Notes under the pieces: model-generated | What the model was told of the DNA's origin: nothing | The model's input: the letters and a program-made list of their open reading frames with translations, nothing else | The model's database searches: none | Program-made: the position numbers and the translations under genes | In this document: positions 1 to 13,354 of the stretch, one piece after another | How the letters are laid out: each line of letters opens with the position of its first letter | How positions within the stretch are numbered: the stretch's first letter is position 1 | Source of the DNA: Dimargaris cristalligena | Lineage: Eukaryota | DNA: 62,022 nucleotides | NCBI GenBank assembly: GCA_003614675.1 | Contig: ML002240.1 | Coordinates: forward strand, 1-62,022 | Reading direction: 5' to 3'

Positions 1-2436
1 CCGTCGCTGGTGGAGCCGGATTCCAGCAGCAGCTTCCCTATTCTGCCCTGCCCCTGCGACTGTCAATAGCACCGTATTCTACCCTAATCCTGCCCGACTT
101 TGCCCGCTGGGGAACTGCGGGTGGCCACGGTACCAAAGCGTCATCAGATTTCATCTGAAAGTATCGGTGAGCAGGAGACAGCCAACCCCGTTTATCAGTT
201 GCGAGCAACAATCAGATGGACGTGTGCTGCGGTAGCCGTATATAACCATTTAATGCGGGGAGGGTGCATTGGAGAGAAAGGGTAGTGATCCTTGTGGTGT
301 GTGGGCAGTGGATACACAATAAAAAGGGAGGAACAGGGTCATGGGGACCCCTTATGGTACAGCCTTTAGGCTGAGCCTGGTGCATTTTCTCCGCTTATTA
401 GGGCATTGGGAGGGTGGAAGGGGAATATAATAATATACTGAGAGAGAGGAGGCTGAGGGAGTGGGTTGGGTTGGGTTGGGTTGGTGGTTTCCTCCGCGCC
501 TGTCAGCCAGCTTCCTTTTGATTCGTGGAAATTACCGGGTTTTTTGATTCGTTTCGGATTTTGGGGTTTTGATAGAGAATGTATATAACAATACCCTATT
601 ATTAACAGAGCATTATTAATAATGGTGTGTGGCGGAGGAGTTTCCACTTGGACTTGGACTTGGGCTCGGGTTTCGACCGACCCTCACGTGGAAGCTGCTC
701 ACAGGGTGGATAATAACCCAAAATAAAAAGAAATAAAGAAAGGCGGGATAACAGTAAACGGTGGTGTTGTATTCAGGGGAGAGGTCTCCAGTGACAAAAT
801 GGGCCATTGGGGGCGCTGGTAACACTCCCATCTGCCGCACACCTACATGAGCGTACATTCGCTAATTAAAGCACCGCTCTGTGGGGGAGAACCGCTTATT
901 AATAACTCGGGAAATCAGCATGCAATCCGTATTTTGGAGAAGAAATTGAGATCAAAGGTCCCATCCGGTATAATACAGAACCACTGGTTGACATTATATA
1001 TATATATATATAAATATAAAGCCCCCGGGGTGGTCGTGTCACCTGTCAGCTGTATAAAGAATAGGCCAAGCGTACACAGGGTCCCAAAATACCACTTTAA
1101 GAATACTATAGTTCATCGGGTTGTCCCTGCGCCTTTATATGCCACGGTAGCGGCCAAACTAGTCGCGTGGTTGGTCTATTATTCCAGCCCGGCGCGAGAA
1201 ACTTAACCCTATAACCCCCCTTCTTCCCTCCCGCGCTGGGCATGATCTGGCCCAGCTCCGGGGATTAGCCAAGTTCCATTAATATTCCTGGTGATCAAGC
1301 CCGGATGTTCGATATGGCAATGTAGACGGGCTGGTTGTTCCTGTATTGATGGTCCTTGTGGGGCTTACTAAAAGGATTCCAAAAGGAAACAAATGGTAGT
1401 GGAGAGCAGAGATTTAACAATAACTTGGCAATCTAAGCGGGCCAATCGCTGGCTCTAGGCAATCCATGTACTAACAAAAGAGAGACCTCCCAGAGTGCCG
1501 TTTGTCGTCGCTTTCCCCCCTTCTCTACTCGCATGGGGGAGGGGCAATCTCACACAGTTATGGGCTTGGCAGGGACCTAGTTGATTTGGTATGATCTAGC
1601 ATGGGAAAGTAGGAGGGGGTAATAATCGGGACCAAGTCCATTTGCCTCCTCTCCCGTCACTTCCGACGGCATTGCCGGGGGAGTTAGAAAATAACGCGAG
1701 GCTAGGAAAGGCAGGGGGTTGGGGTGGGCTGATATTGTTCATTAGATTTAAAAGGATGGAACACTGCCATGGCTGCAGCGGGCGGACATTCCGGGACACC
1801 TAAAGATAGCAAGAATAACCCCTTGGACAGCCTGGGGGGGGGGGAATTGATTGCCTGTCTATTTACCTTCATCTGGGGAACCAATCTAAGACCGCGGTGG
1901 TAGGTCTATAGTGTGTGGCTCATTGCCTTCCATTCGTCTGATAATTCCGTTGAAGAGAGAGAGAGGGCGAGTGATCATAGGAGCGGAAGTCCGCTCGGAT
2001 GGTACTGATCATCCCACCGTTTATGAACTTTTCCGCACTCTCCTACGGGTGTCAGAAACAGACCGGCAGTGGGAATAACCACCGTGGTTTGTAGAATAGC
2101 GCCGGAAGGTTTAAGGAAGGACGTGAGATGGGCGGGATTAAAAGGTTGGCAGTTCCCCCCTAAAGGTGGGCCAGGAGGTGGTGGCAGTGTGATGGATTCT
2201 TTCTTAATCGAATCCTGCGGCCGTGGCCCAGCCAGCATCAAAGAGGAGATGCAAGTACCCCGTCGATTGAAGCTTAATTGCTATTTGTCGAATTCCGAGT
2301 GTCCCACGATTATTGGTGGATTCGATAGGATTGAGACGAGACGAGGCGAATATGATTATTTAGGCCGTTACACTAAATGGTCCACAATGACCCCACCATG
2401 TAGGCTATAGGAAAGGAACCGAAAAGAAGTCTACAT

Positions 2437-2468
<32 letters not shown>

Positions 2469-4306
2469 TCCAACTGCCTAGAGATGGCCTAGCTGAAAGT
2501 GGATTGGTGGTCCAACCCCCGAGGGCTCGCCTAAGTCCGGGCTTGGCATTTTAATACCACTTAATCAAACGGGCTTAGGCAAAGGCAACAGCCTCCCCTC
2601 CCAGTCATTGAATGGAAAGAGCGTGATTTCCTCCTCCTTCTTTTCATTACTTAATAAGAGTCCGGTAACTCGGATGTTTTACACCACTCTCTGCTATTAT
2701 TTCACTACCACCGCACCGGTCGGCGGCTTGTCTAATTTGTCCAGTTAGATAGCCTCAGGGGCGACCCCCTCCCTCCGTCAAACCCGCCGACCATGGAATG
2801 CCATTACTCCCCTCCCAGGATACCGGTGGCGAGAGCGACTTTAAAACCCCGGACAGTACGCGAGGAGAACATGCTGAAAGATAGAGTACAAATATACAAA
2901 GATAAAAATATAGATGTAATAAAAAAGACCAAAATTAAACATTTCCTTGCTAGTCAGCCACTCTTTTTCATGCGAGATTTCAACGGGTTTTGTGGTTGGC
3001 TGAAAAGACCGCGACTTGCGCGATTCGATTGAAGGGGTGGAATTTCGAGAACCTGCACCACCAGGGATCAGCCAACCACCGGACACACATGTTTGGGAGG
3101 GGAGAGAGAGTGTGTGATTGATGGATATATAGTGTGTGTGTATATATATATATATTATGTGTGGGGTGTTGGTTAAGGCCTACTTTATGAGGTGAGGCCC
3201 CCTCCTCCTCCCATTGCTGCTCTATTATTTTCCACCCGCCGGACTTCGGCCCCACACTATTCGCGGAATTCAGTGGCACTCGGGAGCGGCAAAATCGCCG
3301 AATTGTATTGTATGGATGGCTGCAATGGGGGAGAGTAAAACAACAAACTGGGCATAATATACATCTATTATTAATATTATTATTATGTATAGTTAAAGAC
3401 GGGCAAGCTATCGTATCGTGTGTTATGGCTTTCCATCACTTAGACCATAGACCTAAATACTTTGAATGAATAGATAGTAGAATCATAATGCGTATCGGGA
3501 AATGTTTTACATGGCCTTCTTTGGTATTCCTGGTGTGGGGGGGGGGAGAGACACACACACGGAACGGAGCTGATAATAAGATGGTTACTTCAATGGACAT
3601 ATGGTTAATTGTATGGGGAGAACGAATACTACTATAATAGATAATGAACGAGAGACATCATCCCCAAGAATGATGGCTACCTAGAATAATCATGGGGTGG
3701 GTTCTCCCCACTATTACTGATGTTCCTAGACCGGCGGGTATGTTGGGCGGGAATATAGTTGAGCCAGGAAAGATATATCCCCCCCCCAAAAAAAAGGGGG
3801 GGCGCCCACTACTATTACTACCCAAAGCGAAATAATAGTGGTGGAAGATAGGCGGGAGGGAGGAGATAGGCGGACGCTTACTAATAAGAGGGCCCCAACT
3901 AGGCCCGGCGCCGTGCGGGGTCTGCGATTCGTGCAAATTTCCGAGGCTGAATAATCGGCCCTTTGGGTTCCCCCGCATGATGGGCTCTATAGTAGTTTAT
4001 TCACTCGCCCACTTTCCGGGTACTAAATAAATAGGGAGAGAGAGAGAGGGTGGTCCCCCCCTTCTCATTAGCCCACCCCGTCCGTCCGTGTGGACTCTCC
4101 CAATATCCCGATAACCCCCTCTAAACCCCGAGACCCTCCTCCCTCTTCCGCCCCCTTTTATTTTGGGGGATGGGATAATCTTGGCAAGATTATATTCCCA
4201 CTAGGCTCACCACCGGGATAAGGGAAGGTCAACGGGGGTTGGCTGGTTGGTCCGTTAGGATTATTGTAGGGGTGGATTAGGTTAATCGCGATACTCAACA
4301 TTCCGT

Positions 4307-4313
4307 TATAAAA
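4307..4313 (+). promoter_or_regulatory. Putative TATA box of the bZIP gene
   Basis: TATAAAA followed by a ~860-nt pyrimidine-rich, ATG-depleted leader that runs to the bZIP start codon at 5204. Confidence 0.45.
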
Positions 4314-5203
4314 GGACCTCCATCGCCTCTCACCCAGAAGGAGCTGGACTGCTTAATAATCTCTTCCTCCGTCTCCTCTGCCGTGTCTTGCTTAGCAACG
4401 ACTCCCACTCCGACCAACCTTCCTTTACTTATTTATCACAACCACACCAACTCACACTCTTAATAGCTGCATCTTCTTGCCCATTATACGCTGTGAACCA
4501 CCTCGTATATATATCCATCTCTTATTGACAGTCCTCTAAAGCCACATAACTCCTCCTCCAATTCTCCCGAATCACACCCCCCGCGGTCACACTTTGCCTC
4601 CGACCGTACATTAGCCCGCATCGAACCAACCTTCCTCTTCTTTGACTATTTATCCGCGTCTGTGTGCATCAGTTATTTGTGCATCCTTCTCACACGCAGA
4701 GTATCCCCCTTCCGACTCCCTATTACTATACTGCCTTCGAGGTCTCTCAACCTCCCCTCCCTCTTTAGGCAACCCCCCCTGTTTTTTGGTACTTCCGTCC
4801 AATCGCGCTCCTTAAATACCCACATCCATCACCCTCTCCTTCATTGTCCCCCCCCTCGGCGCCAAGCCTTTCTATTTTTTTGCTCCCCGCTACACTAGCT
4901 TCGACCGAGTCCAATATTTAACCGCCTTACATCCCCGCCGCTTTAAATATAGATATATTGATACATTGCCTCTGCCTGCCAATGCTTACATTGTCGCAGG
5001 TCCGTATTTTGCCCGTACCACTCCCCCCTGGTCACCTCCCTTATTATAATCATTCCTGATTTCCAAACTATCTATTGCCGGTTGTCCTAATATATATATA
5101 GAGATATATATTCAACATCCATCATTTCACACCCCGCTCCTTTAACCGAAGCTTCATCTTAGCCTCTCCTCTCCCTCGTTGCTCCCACCCCCTTCCCTTA
5201 AAC

Positions 5204-6772
5204 ATGGACCTTAACAGTTCCGCCATTTCCGGCGACCTCCTCAGCTATCTGCTGGACCAGTCGCTGTATCCCGCTCAGTCCGACCCCACTACCGAGTTTT
5301 ACCGCCAGTTGCTCGCCGATATGGTCGTCACCGGCAATAACCCAACTACTACTACCGCCGACATGGTGGCTGCCTCCCCTGTCCACCAACGGTCCCCTTC
5401 GTTCATGTATGACAACTACGGGGTTGGCAGCACCGCCTCGTCGTCCATGGCCACCTCCCCTATATCCCCCGTTATGCCCATCGACCCGGCTACATTTTCC
5501 ATGGTTGCCGCCAACGGTGCCTTTTTCTGCCCCCAATCCATGACTTCCCCTACTCTGGCCACCAACCCCATGGGCAGCAGCAACGGCAGCGGCGCTACCG
5601 TTATGACCACCGACTTGCTTGTGCCACCACCGACGTCAGCCCCGGGAATGTCCGTGAATATCAATTCCGCTCTGGCTTCCTCCCATCCTCAGTCCAATGG
5701 TTCATCACCAGCCATGGCGAATGCCAAGCCTTCGGCGACTGGATCCCACGTTGCCCAGAAATCCAGCATCAGTAGCCAGTCGAGTTGCAGTAGTGGCAGT
5801 AGCATCAGTCACTCAGCCCCAACCTCTGCCTCTTCTACTGCTAATCCTTCTTCTTCGTCTTCGCTAAACCTTAAACGGTCCTCTGAGTGTTTCGACGACC
5901 CAGAAGAAATCGACCTGAAGCAACTGTCGTCCAAAGAGCGCCGCCAGATCCGCAACAAGATCTCGGCCCGCAACTTCCGTCTGCGTCGCAAGGAATACAT
6001 CACCACCCTGGAATCCCAGGTACAGGACCTCCAGGACCACTCCGACAAGCTGCAGAGCGACTTGGATGCCGCCCAGGCGGAAACCCAGCAATTGCGGGAA
6101 CAGCTTCGGCGTATGGCCCAGGTCGTGGATCCCCAAACCCTGAGCCAATTGGGTCCGGAAGGTGCCCTTGCGCTGGACCTCGAAGCGAGTGGTAACTGTG
6201 GGGCCGCGGCTACAATGGCTCTGCCCAAGTCCGGGCTGAGTAGCCGTAAGTCTTCCACCTCCGTCACCACAGTCCTTTCCCTACTGAACCTGTCTACGCT
6301 TCTGCAAAATGAGAAGCTGGGCGCTGATATGCCCGCCGGGGTGCCCCACCTCACCCACCACGCCAAGATGGTCCCCACTACGGGTTCCAATTCGGTCACC
6401 GGGGGTTCCTTCCCGAAGACTCTGACCGATAAGGCGGCCAACACTTCGACGCCCCCCACCCCCTATGCTTCGCCCATCCTAAGCTCCATGTCCACCCCCG
6501 CCACCCTGGTTGGTGACGACGAGCTGTTCCTTTCGCCCCTGCCCACCTCGACGGCGGCTGCCCTGCCTATGTTCAGTAACTCGACCACGGGTGCGACCAA
6601 CTCCCCCATGAACTACAGCAGCAGTCCCCTACTTTCGCCCCTCCAGCAGCACCACCACCACCAACAACTGCCCAAGAGTCAGGCCGAGCTGGAGAACCTC
6701 GAGCATATGTTGGAAAACCAATTCTGCCGAGTATTAACCGTTTCTCTGAATCGGTTGGCCCAGCAACACTAG
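5204..6772 (+). CDS. bZIP transcription factor (single ORF, 522 aa)
   Basis: Basic region KERRQIRNKISARNFRLRRKEY followed by a leucine heptad (ITTLESQVQDLQDHSDKLQSDLDAAQAETQQLREQL); Ser/Thr/Pro-rich flanks. Confidence 0.9.
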   Translation: MDLNSSAISGDLLSYLLDQSLYPAQSDPTTEFYRQLLADMVVTGNNPTTTTADMVAASPVHQRSPSFMYDNYGVGSTASSSMATSPISPVMPIDPATFSMVAANGAFFCPQSMTSPTLATNPMGSSNGSGATVMTTDLLVPPPTSAPGMSVNINSALASSHPQSNGSSPAMANAKPSATGSHVAQKSSISSQSSCSSGSSISHSAPTSASSTANPSSSSSLNLKRSSECFDDPEEIDLKQLSSKERRQIRNKISARNFRLRRKEYITTLESQVQDLQDHSDKLQSDLDAAQAETQQLREQLRRMAQVVDPQTLSQLGPEGALALDLEASGNCGAAATMALPKSGLSSRKSSTSVTTVLSLLNLSTLLQNEKLGADMPAGVPHLTHHAKMVPTTGSNSVTGGSFPKTLTDKAANTSTPPTPYASPILSSMSTPATLVGDDELFLSPLPTSTAAALPMFSNSTTGATNSPMNYSSSPLLSPLQQHHHHQQLPKSQAELENLEHMLENQFCRVLTVSLNRLAQQH

Positions 6773-9056
6773 ACATAGATGGGGGTTTATTTAATTTCAT
6801 CTGCTCAAGAATCCATTTTGCTTTGCACGCTCGCGTTGACCACATCACCTGCCCCATCATCAGTCGCTTGTGAACTTTATATTGTTTTAATAGTCTCCTT
6901 TAAATACCTTATTTTATTTTAATTTCGATCCCCTCCTCCCCCATTTGGCTACCTCTTGGCCATCCACAATTTCAGTTACCCATGAACACACCTCTGGCTC
7001 ATACCTTTTACTGACGCATTCCTACATTATCATCCCCCCCCCCGCCCTTTGTAACATAGTCTAATATGTGCATTTTTGTCTAGTCTTTTTTAATTTGTTT
7101 TGCTCCATTTAGTATGATTTACCCCCGCTTGCGGTTCTTCCCTTTTTTAATTTTTATTTCTATACATAATTCGGTGACCCCCCTCCCCGTTGACTGGGTT
7201 GAATAGTCTCGACTTGATCATTTTACCAATTACGGTATTATTTGCTAATAATAAAAACACGATTATATATAAAAATGGACTACTATTTTTTAAATTCCAG
7301 GGACCGACCTAGTCGAATTAGTTGTTGCTGTTTCACTGCGTGTAAAACAATATTTCTTATTTGGCTGACTTGCAACCACACTGCTGCTGTGCCCTTTCTT
7401 AATTCACCCTCCTCCTCCTACCATAGAGAGTAGGGCGAGAGGCCCTTACTGGTGATGTAGCCTGGTTTATTATGGTTAGGAGAGGGTATATTAAGGGGGT
7501 GTTCTTTAACAAAGTTCTCTAAAAAGAGGGTCTGGCACCTACGGTCCAGAATACTTAGTTTCGATGGAGTTACTTGATCGGTTATGGGGAGGGAGGGGGG
7601 GATATTTTTGTGGGGTCAGTTGTATAGATAATTTTTACCTAATGTGCAAGACCAATAATGGGCTTCTTAGCTGGTAGATACCGGAAAAAAGATACGCGGA
7701 GAAGTGGGGAGGAGCGGCGTGGGTGGGGGTTGCCAGCCCTTCTCCCCCTCCCTCACTCCTTCCACGATGATGATTATTGAGTCATTTGCTGGGAAGTAAT
7801 AGGGAAATACGGGGAAACGGTTAAACAAACATCCGGCGTGCGGGTTGGGTGCGGCAAATTATTGACCCATTCATGGGACCCAGTGCCCGCCATGAACAGG
7901 TCATTAGAAATGCTATGATTGGAGGAATCCGCCGTGTACTATATAAGAGGTGGGTGGGTAACTCCCCGACAATACTACTACTGGCTTCGGGTTTCCAAGG
8001 CTACTTAAAATAAATAGGGCGATTGGTCCGAAGGAATGTAGACCCGACTGGGGGGAATAATGCTACAAAAATCAACCGCCGACTGATCGCCGCATGTTTT
8101 TTCGTTTCGTTTCTTTATACTTTCTGTGGGAGTATTGACCATTATGGTAAACTGGGCGACCGATGCTATATAACTCTATAGATGTATATCCATATGTAAA
8201 CCGCCAAGCGGGGGTGTGAGGTCATGGATGGTGGCGGGGATGTGGCGCTCGTTGCTTGCCACGGAGCCTAAGGCGAAGAGTAATTCTTGGGGTGACATAC
8301 TGGCAACGGAAATCGCCGATGCTGGTTTTCCCAAATCGGTACGATCCGGGATAATAATGTCTATTTGGGTTGGCATGTGCAATAAATAGTCTAACTACCC
8401 AATTGAATATAATTGAGCCTCGGGAGCACACATCGGAGAGTTTAATAGGATAGTAGGCTATTTCAGTAAAAGAGCCAACATGCCACCCGGGGATTATCTA
8501 TTAGCCAAGCACAGCGCCATGGAATTCGCTACCCTGGCCAAAACATAACGTTGGTCTCGTCGACTGCACCCCTCCCTTTCGGCTGCCCGTGTCGCATTTG
8601 ACCCCGAATGGGCGACACTTCTTATCTAGAGAATATAGAGCAGGCAGAAAAGGTCGAGGGCCATTAGGCGTGCTTTCACTACCCGTTTACTTCTCGTACC
8701 TTTGGGCCTTCGAACCAAGCGGGGGGGAGGGGATACATCGGTCTCCCCCTGCAGCGGTAATGGGGCGTGCCATTATGATATCTGTTAAAAGAGAAGGGGG
8801 GAGGACGCTACTGCCGCCTTTTACCATGTGCCAGGCACTATACCCCTTGCCGTCTGGAATGCCGCCATCAATGAGGGAATGGCAGCCCCACTACCCTCTC
8901 CGAAATAGATGTGGACCACTCGAATCCCCCAGCCCCTAAGCCAACCCCATCGTCATGAGTCTCCATTTTCCTCCACCCGTACCAGTTCAGTCAAATTACT
9001 TTTTTTCTCTCTCTCTCTTTCATTTATTCCATTAGGTTGCACTTTTGCTTGTCCGC

Positions 9057-10297
9057 ATGTCGAAGAAGGAGCCGCGGCCAGTCAACCCGGTCGTCCAGCA
9101 ATACCTCCAGGAAGTCGCGCGCCTTAAAGCCGAGGCCGAGGCGACAACGCAAGCCAAACTCGAATTGCCCGTCGAAGCACAACCACCTCCGGTCCACATT
9201 CAACCGCCTAAGCCCGGGGTATACGAGGAAGGGGGTCAGGTAGGCTACTCCAACACACCGAAGGGACCAAATATATCAGTTTCCCAGCCGGAGAGGTGTT
9301 TATGGCCATGCTTATTAATATTATATCATTTATTTTTGGCCAGATGGGAGTCGCCAATTCTGCCCCCACCCCTTCCATCACACCCGGGTTATTTACTGAC
9401 AGCTTAAGGGTCGATTGATTATTGTAATGGTTACACCATATATACCCTTCTTGGAAATCCCTTAGCTTAAACTACGCTTACCCGAGCCACCCCTCGAACC
9501 CACCCTAGACGACTGCTGCCAAAACGGGTGTATGCCTTGCATCTTTGACACCTACCGAGACGAACTTGAGTTTTACCAACAGTCCGTTAAAGAACTCCGC
9601 GAGGAATATGCGACCGCCCAGGCGGGCATGGCCGTCCCTATACCGGAATCATCTACACTTTCACCAGACACCCAATTCCGTGCAGGTTTCTCCTCTTCCT
9701 CCCCGCGCCCACCCCCGGCATTAATCAATAGGGAAAGTTTGGTTAGCGATGCAATGATTCGGAAACCCAACGGAAGTAGCAGCAGTGGTGGTACGCCCGG
9801 GCAACTACTACACGGTCTTACTATTAGTCGCTTTACCGAATTCGGTGTAGTAGCCCTGGAAACAGTCAATGCCGATACCGTTCGCCTAGTCTGCCGGCCT
9901 ATAGGTTCGGATGATCAGCCAAAAGACGCCACCTGGCCCCATCAGCGAATTCACGCCGGCTACCATGTATTTATTCGGTAAGCGGGCCATTAGAACGAAG
10001 CGAGTGTTCAATAAGAGAATTCGGTGCGAAGTGCGCCCTATTTCCCGTACCTTGTAAAAAAAAACAGTCACACCCAATCCTATCATGCGCATGCTATTCA
10101 TTTTTCATGGCCGCTTAATTTGTCCTCTTCGATTACATTTCTGTTTACATTTACTCTACGGTACGCGGTATACCCTACAGAGTCACGGTCCAGGGCAAAT
10201 ACGTGACCCGGCCGTTCACTCCCCTCCAGGTTGATACAGCGACTACCGACCTCACATTTCTAGTCAAGGTAAATAATATACTAACCCCCCTAGAGAT

Positions 10298-10328
<31 letters not shown>

Positions 10329-11457
10329 TTATTTCCCCTAATAATGACGAAAATCCGGACCACTGTTATTTAAGTCATTCTGAATCCAATGGATTGCTAC
10401 GCTGCCCCCATTCATATCGTCGTCTGGACTTCTTTTATCACTGCCCTTGATTGTGTATGTTACACCACTGTGTCTTACAGGTATATCCCAATCACCCCTA
10501 CACCGCCACATTGGCGGATTTAAAGCCCAGTCATCGAGTACTACTACGTGGGCCCATTCCCGGGCCATTTAAGGGCGCGATTGGAGAGGTAAGAACTCTA
10601 CTCGTCTGACGAGCCTTTCTAGCTCAGGAGGGGCCTTTTAATCCACTCTGCACCAAAGTCCTCCAGCGGTAGGAAGGGGAGAAAGACAAGGGGGGTCGAC
10701 CTGAGCGACCATGCGAAATCGACACTGACTCGCCCTATGGTTCCCTCTCTGAACACCCACTTCCCTCGTACATACTGGGAGTATTGATTGGTGTACTTAC
10801 TTATCTCTGCCCTAATCTTTTTTTAAAACACCTTCAACCCCAACCACTACGACTTTATACCAATAGATTCCGCAAGTCATCATGCTGGCCGCCGGGTCGG
10901 GTATTACCCCCATGTTTCAGTATCTCCAGGAATACTTTAATCGTACTCGCTTTGGACCACGCGACCGGCGGGCGCTCCTGGTCTACTCCAATAAGCACTA
11001 TGGCGACATTTGGTTACGGGAGGAGCTGCAGCAATGGGCCGGTACTGACGAGGGGAGTAGTGGATCGGCCCGCCGCCATTTCCACCTCCACTATGTACTG
11101 ACGCGGGCGGATCGTGCGGAGGATAGTCATGGCGGGCCCGACTCGACCCTACCGTCCCCCACGGCAGTAGTGGCAGCGACAGCAGCAGCGGGCCCACCCG
11201 GGGGCACAGTACGGCCAAGGGGAAATGTAACGTACCATTGGGGTCGGGGTAGACTGACGGGACCCTGGCTGGGGGAGATGTTGGACCAGGCGGGTATGCA
11301 GTGGCGCCCACCCGGCGACTGGTTGGTTTCCCCCAGCGCTGTTAATCCGCCCCGCTATGCTGTATTAATTTGTGGTCCCCCGGCCTTTAATCAGGATATA
11401 CGGCACGAGCTGCTCAGTCTCGGGGTTGCCGAGACATCTATTTATATTTTCCAATAG
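9057..11457 (+). CDS. CYB5RL: NADH-cytochrome b5 reductase-like protein with N-terminal oxidoreductase-like Cys domain; exons 9057-9239, 9466-9977, 10181-10268, 10481-10588, 10867-11457
   Basis: GT-AG junctions join in frame. Motifs: PLEPTLDDCCQNGCMPCIFDTY (oxidoreductase-like domain), VTRPFTP (FAD-binding RxY/FTP), LRGP, MLAAGSGITPM and ICGPPAF (NAD-binding). Confidence 0.85.
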
Positions 11458-11975
11458 GAATAATTTTGACTTACCTAACTGTTGAACTTACCGGCAATGA
11501 GTCGACTAAATAATGGTGATGAACCGGAGGTGGGCAGACGGAGGGAGGAAAGGGGGTTGCTACTATGTCCGTTGGTTGGGTCGATGGTGGGGATTACTGA
11601 CAATTTACTGGGCGAAGGAAGTGTGGAGAAGCAATGAGCCAGGGTGCTCAAAGACTAAGAATATAAAGGTGACTAGGGGAGGGAGGAATATGGTTGGACT
11701 TCAAGGGGGGAGGGGTGGTATTAGGCAATCATCATTTAATAATCGGGGCTTAATGGATTTAGCGGGCAATTCTTCAGATTAATTGATTGGGGTATTAATG
11801 GAACGACGAGGCCCCTATGAGTCTTTAAGCGATAGCCAAGAAATCAAAGAGTACGCGGTGTAGAGTGGCAGTGCTGGGCTCTTACGATTAGGGCGCGTTA
11901 ATCCGGGCCACTGCTATAGTCCGGCGGACCAAGAACCGGCTGAAATGTGACGACGAATCCTTTGATTTACTCGCT

Positions 11976-12011
<36 letters not shown>

Positions 12012-12474
12012 TCCTTCGTTTTATCGACACCCCCATCCCCATCCTCCCCCCTTGTGCCCGAAGGTGGGTTGGATCAACTGTAGTGTGGAGTAGATGGGAG
12101 GTCCGGGACCTTTGATTATAACTGGAGGGGAGGGGATGGTTGTGTTTCCAAAGGAATGGCCACTTTTAAGCCGAAAGACCGTACTGCTCAAATGTCCCTC
12201 TTAACGCGCGCGTCTATCCCCGTTGCCCCACTCGCTTCTACTTCGTCCTGCCTTGCTGCAGGGCTATTAGGGGTGTGGGAATAGAGCCCTACGGCGACTA
12301 TCACTTGCATTGGAGCTATTTATAAGCAGGGGGGGTGGGCCCCGAGTGACTGCTCTTTGACACATTTCAAAGGTGTTAATACCCTGGAGGATGTAAAACG
12401 GCAAAATGACAACGCGGTGAGCCACGACGGGGGAGTATAGGTCTGGGCGGAAGGGGAGGAGAGGGGAACGGGAG

Positions 12475-12552
12475 CTTGGGCTTGGGCTTGGGCTTGGACT
12501 TGGACTTGGACTTGGACTTGGACTTGGACTTGAACTTGAACTTGAACTTGGG
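12475..12552. repeat. Hexamer microsatellite (CTTGRR)x13
   Basis: CTTGGG x3, CTTGGA x6, CTTGAA x3, CTTGGG x1; a shorter tract of the same unit lies at 587-610. Confidence 0.9.
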
Positions 12553-13069
12553 TGCCACTGCAGAGGGAGGGAACCTCCGCGGTGCTGTGCAATGTGGGAG
12601 ACGTGGCTTGAATAAAGCAAAGATATATATATACGACTGCCTCGGGCCGTATCACATCCGCCCACAGTTTCGTTGTTGTTTATTATTGCATTATATTTAT
12701 GAAATGACCGACTTGGTCAACCTCTACATTATATTTTATGTTTAAGCATTTTACCAGTAGTTCTGCTCTACAAAACGTCATATATTTTCAATCATTTGTT
12801 CAGTTCGTGATTTCTCCCTTTAAATAACCTATATCGTAGTTCTCTATTTCTCTTCCGCGTTCTCTGTGCCCCTCCTCTTCCTTTACGTGTTTTATACTCT
12901 ATAATCTAGTTTAAGTAGAATAGCCAGGTCCTATTCATCACTACTAGCTTGACAGGCCCCCTAAGTTGACTCTCGTTGGCTTAACTGACGACTTGCCGCC
13001 CTTTATCATCCCCTTCTGTTGCTCACCCACCCATTCATTTATTTCACTTTCCCTTATCCACTCATTAGC

Positions 13070-13354
13070 ATGCTCTTCCACTCCGACTTATTCCGATTCA
13101 CGGCCCCCACCTCGCTTATTTGGTTGGTGGTGCTTTTTTTATTCGTCCTGTTGATATCGACTGGCCCGGCGCCGAGTGAGGCGGCGGCATTGGGACCGCC
13201 TCCGGGCCGGGAGTATCACCGTCGACGGGTTAACAAAAACCGAGTCCCGCGGGCGTTTCTCGTTTCGTCGATTACGGATAGCGACTGGGGGATTCCTACG
13301 ACCGGTGCTGCCGATACCGATGAGAGTGACGACGATGGCGGCATGGACATCTGA
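13070..13354 (+). CDS. Candidate small secreted protein or peptide precursor (94 aa)
   Basis: ATG at 13070; hydrophobic signal-like segment LIWLVVLFLFVLLIST ending in SEA-AA; basic cluster HRRR; acidic C-terminus; GC-richer than its AT-rich flanks; no recognised homology. Confidence 0.4.
   Translation: MLFHSDLFRFTAPTSLIWLVVLFLFVLLISTGPAPSEAAALGPPPGREYHRRRVNKNRVPRAFLVSSITDSDWGIPTTGAADTDESDDDGGMDI

Noticed and set aside
1-69. Possible 3' end of a CDS entering the window (PSLVEPDSSSSFPILPCPCDCQ-stop)
   Set aside because: Too short to support without upstream sequence
12267-12745. Overlapping ORFs with SPSPSP, QVQVQV, KSKSKS or DLDLDL tracts
   Set aside because: All are translations of the same hexamer microsatellite, with no other coding evidence
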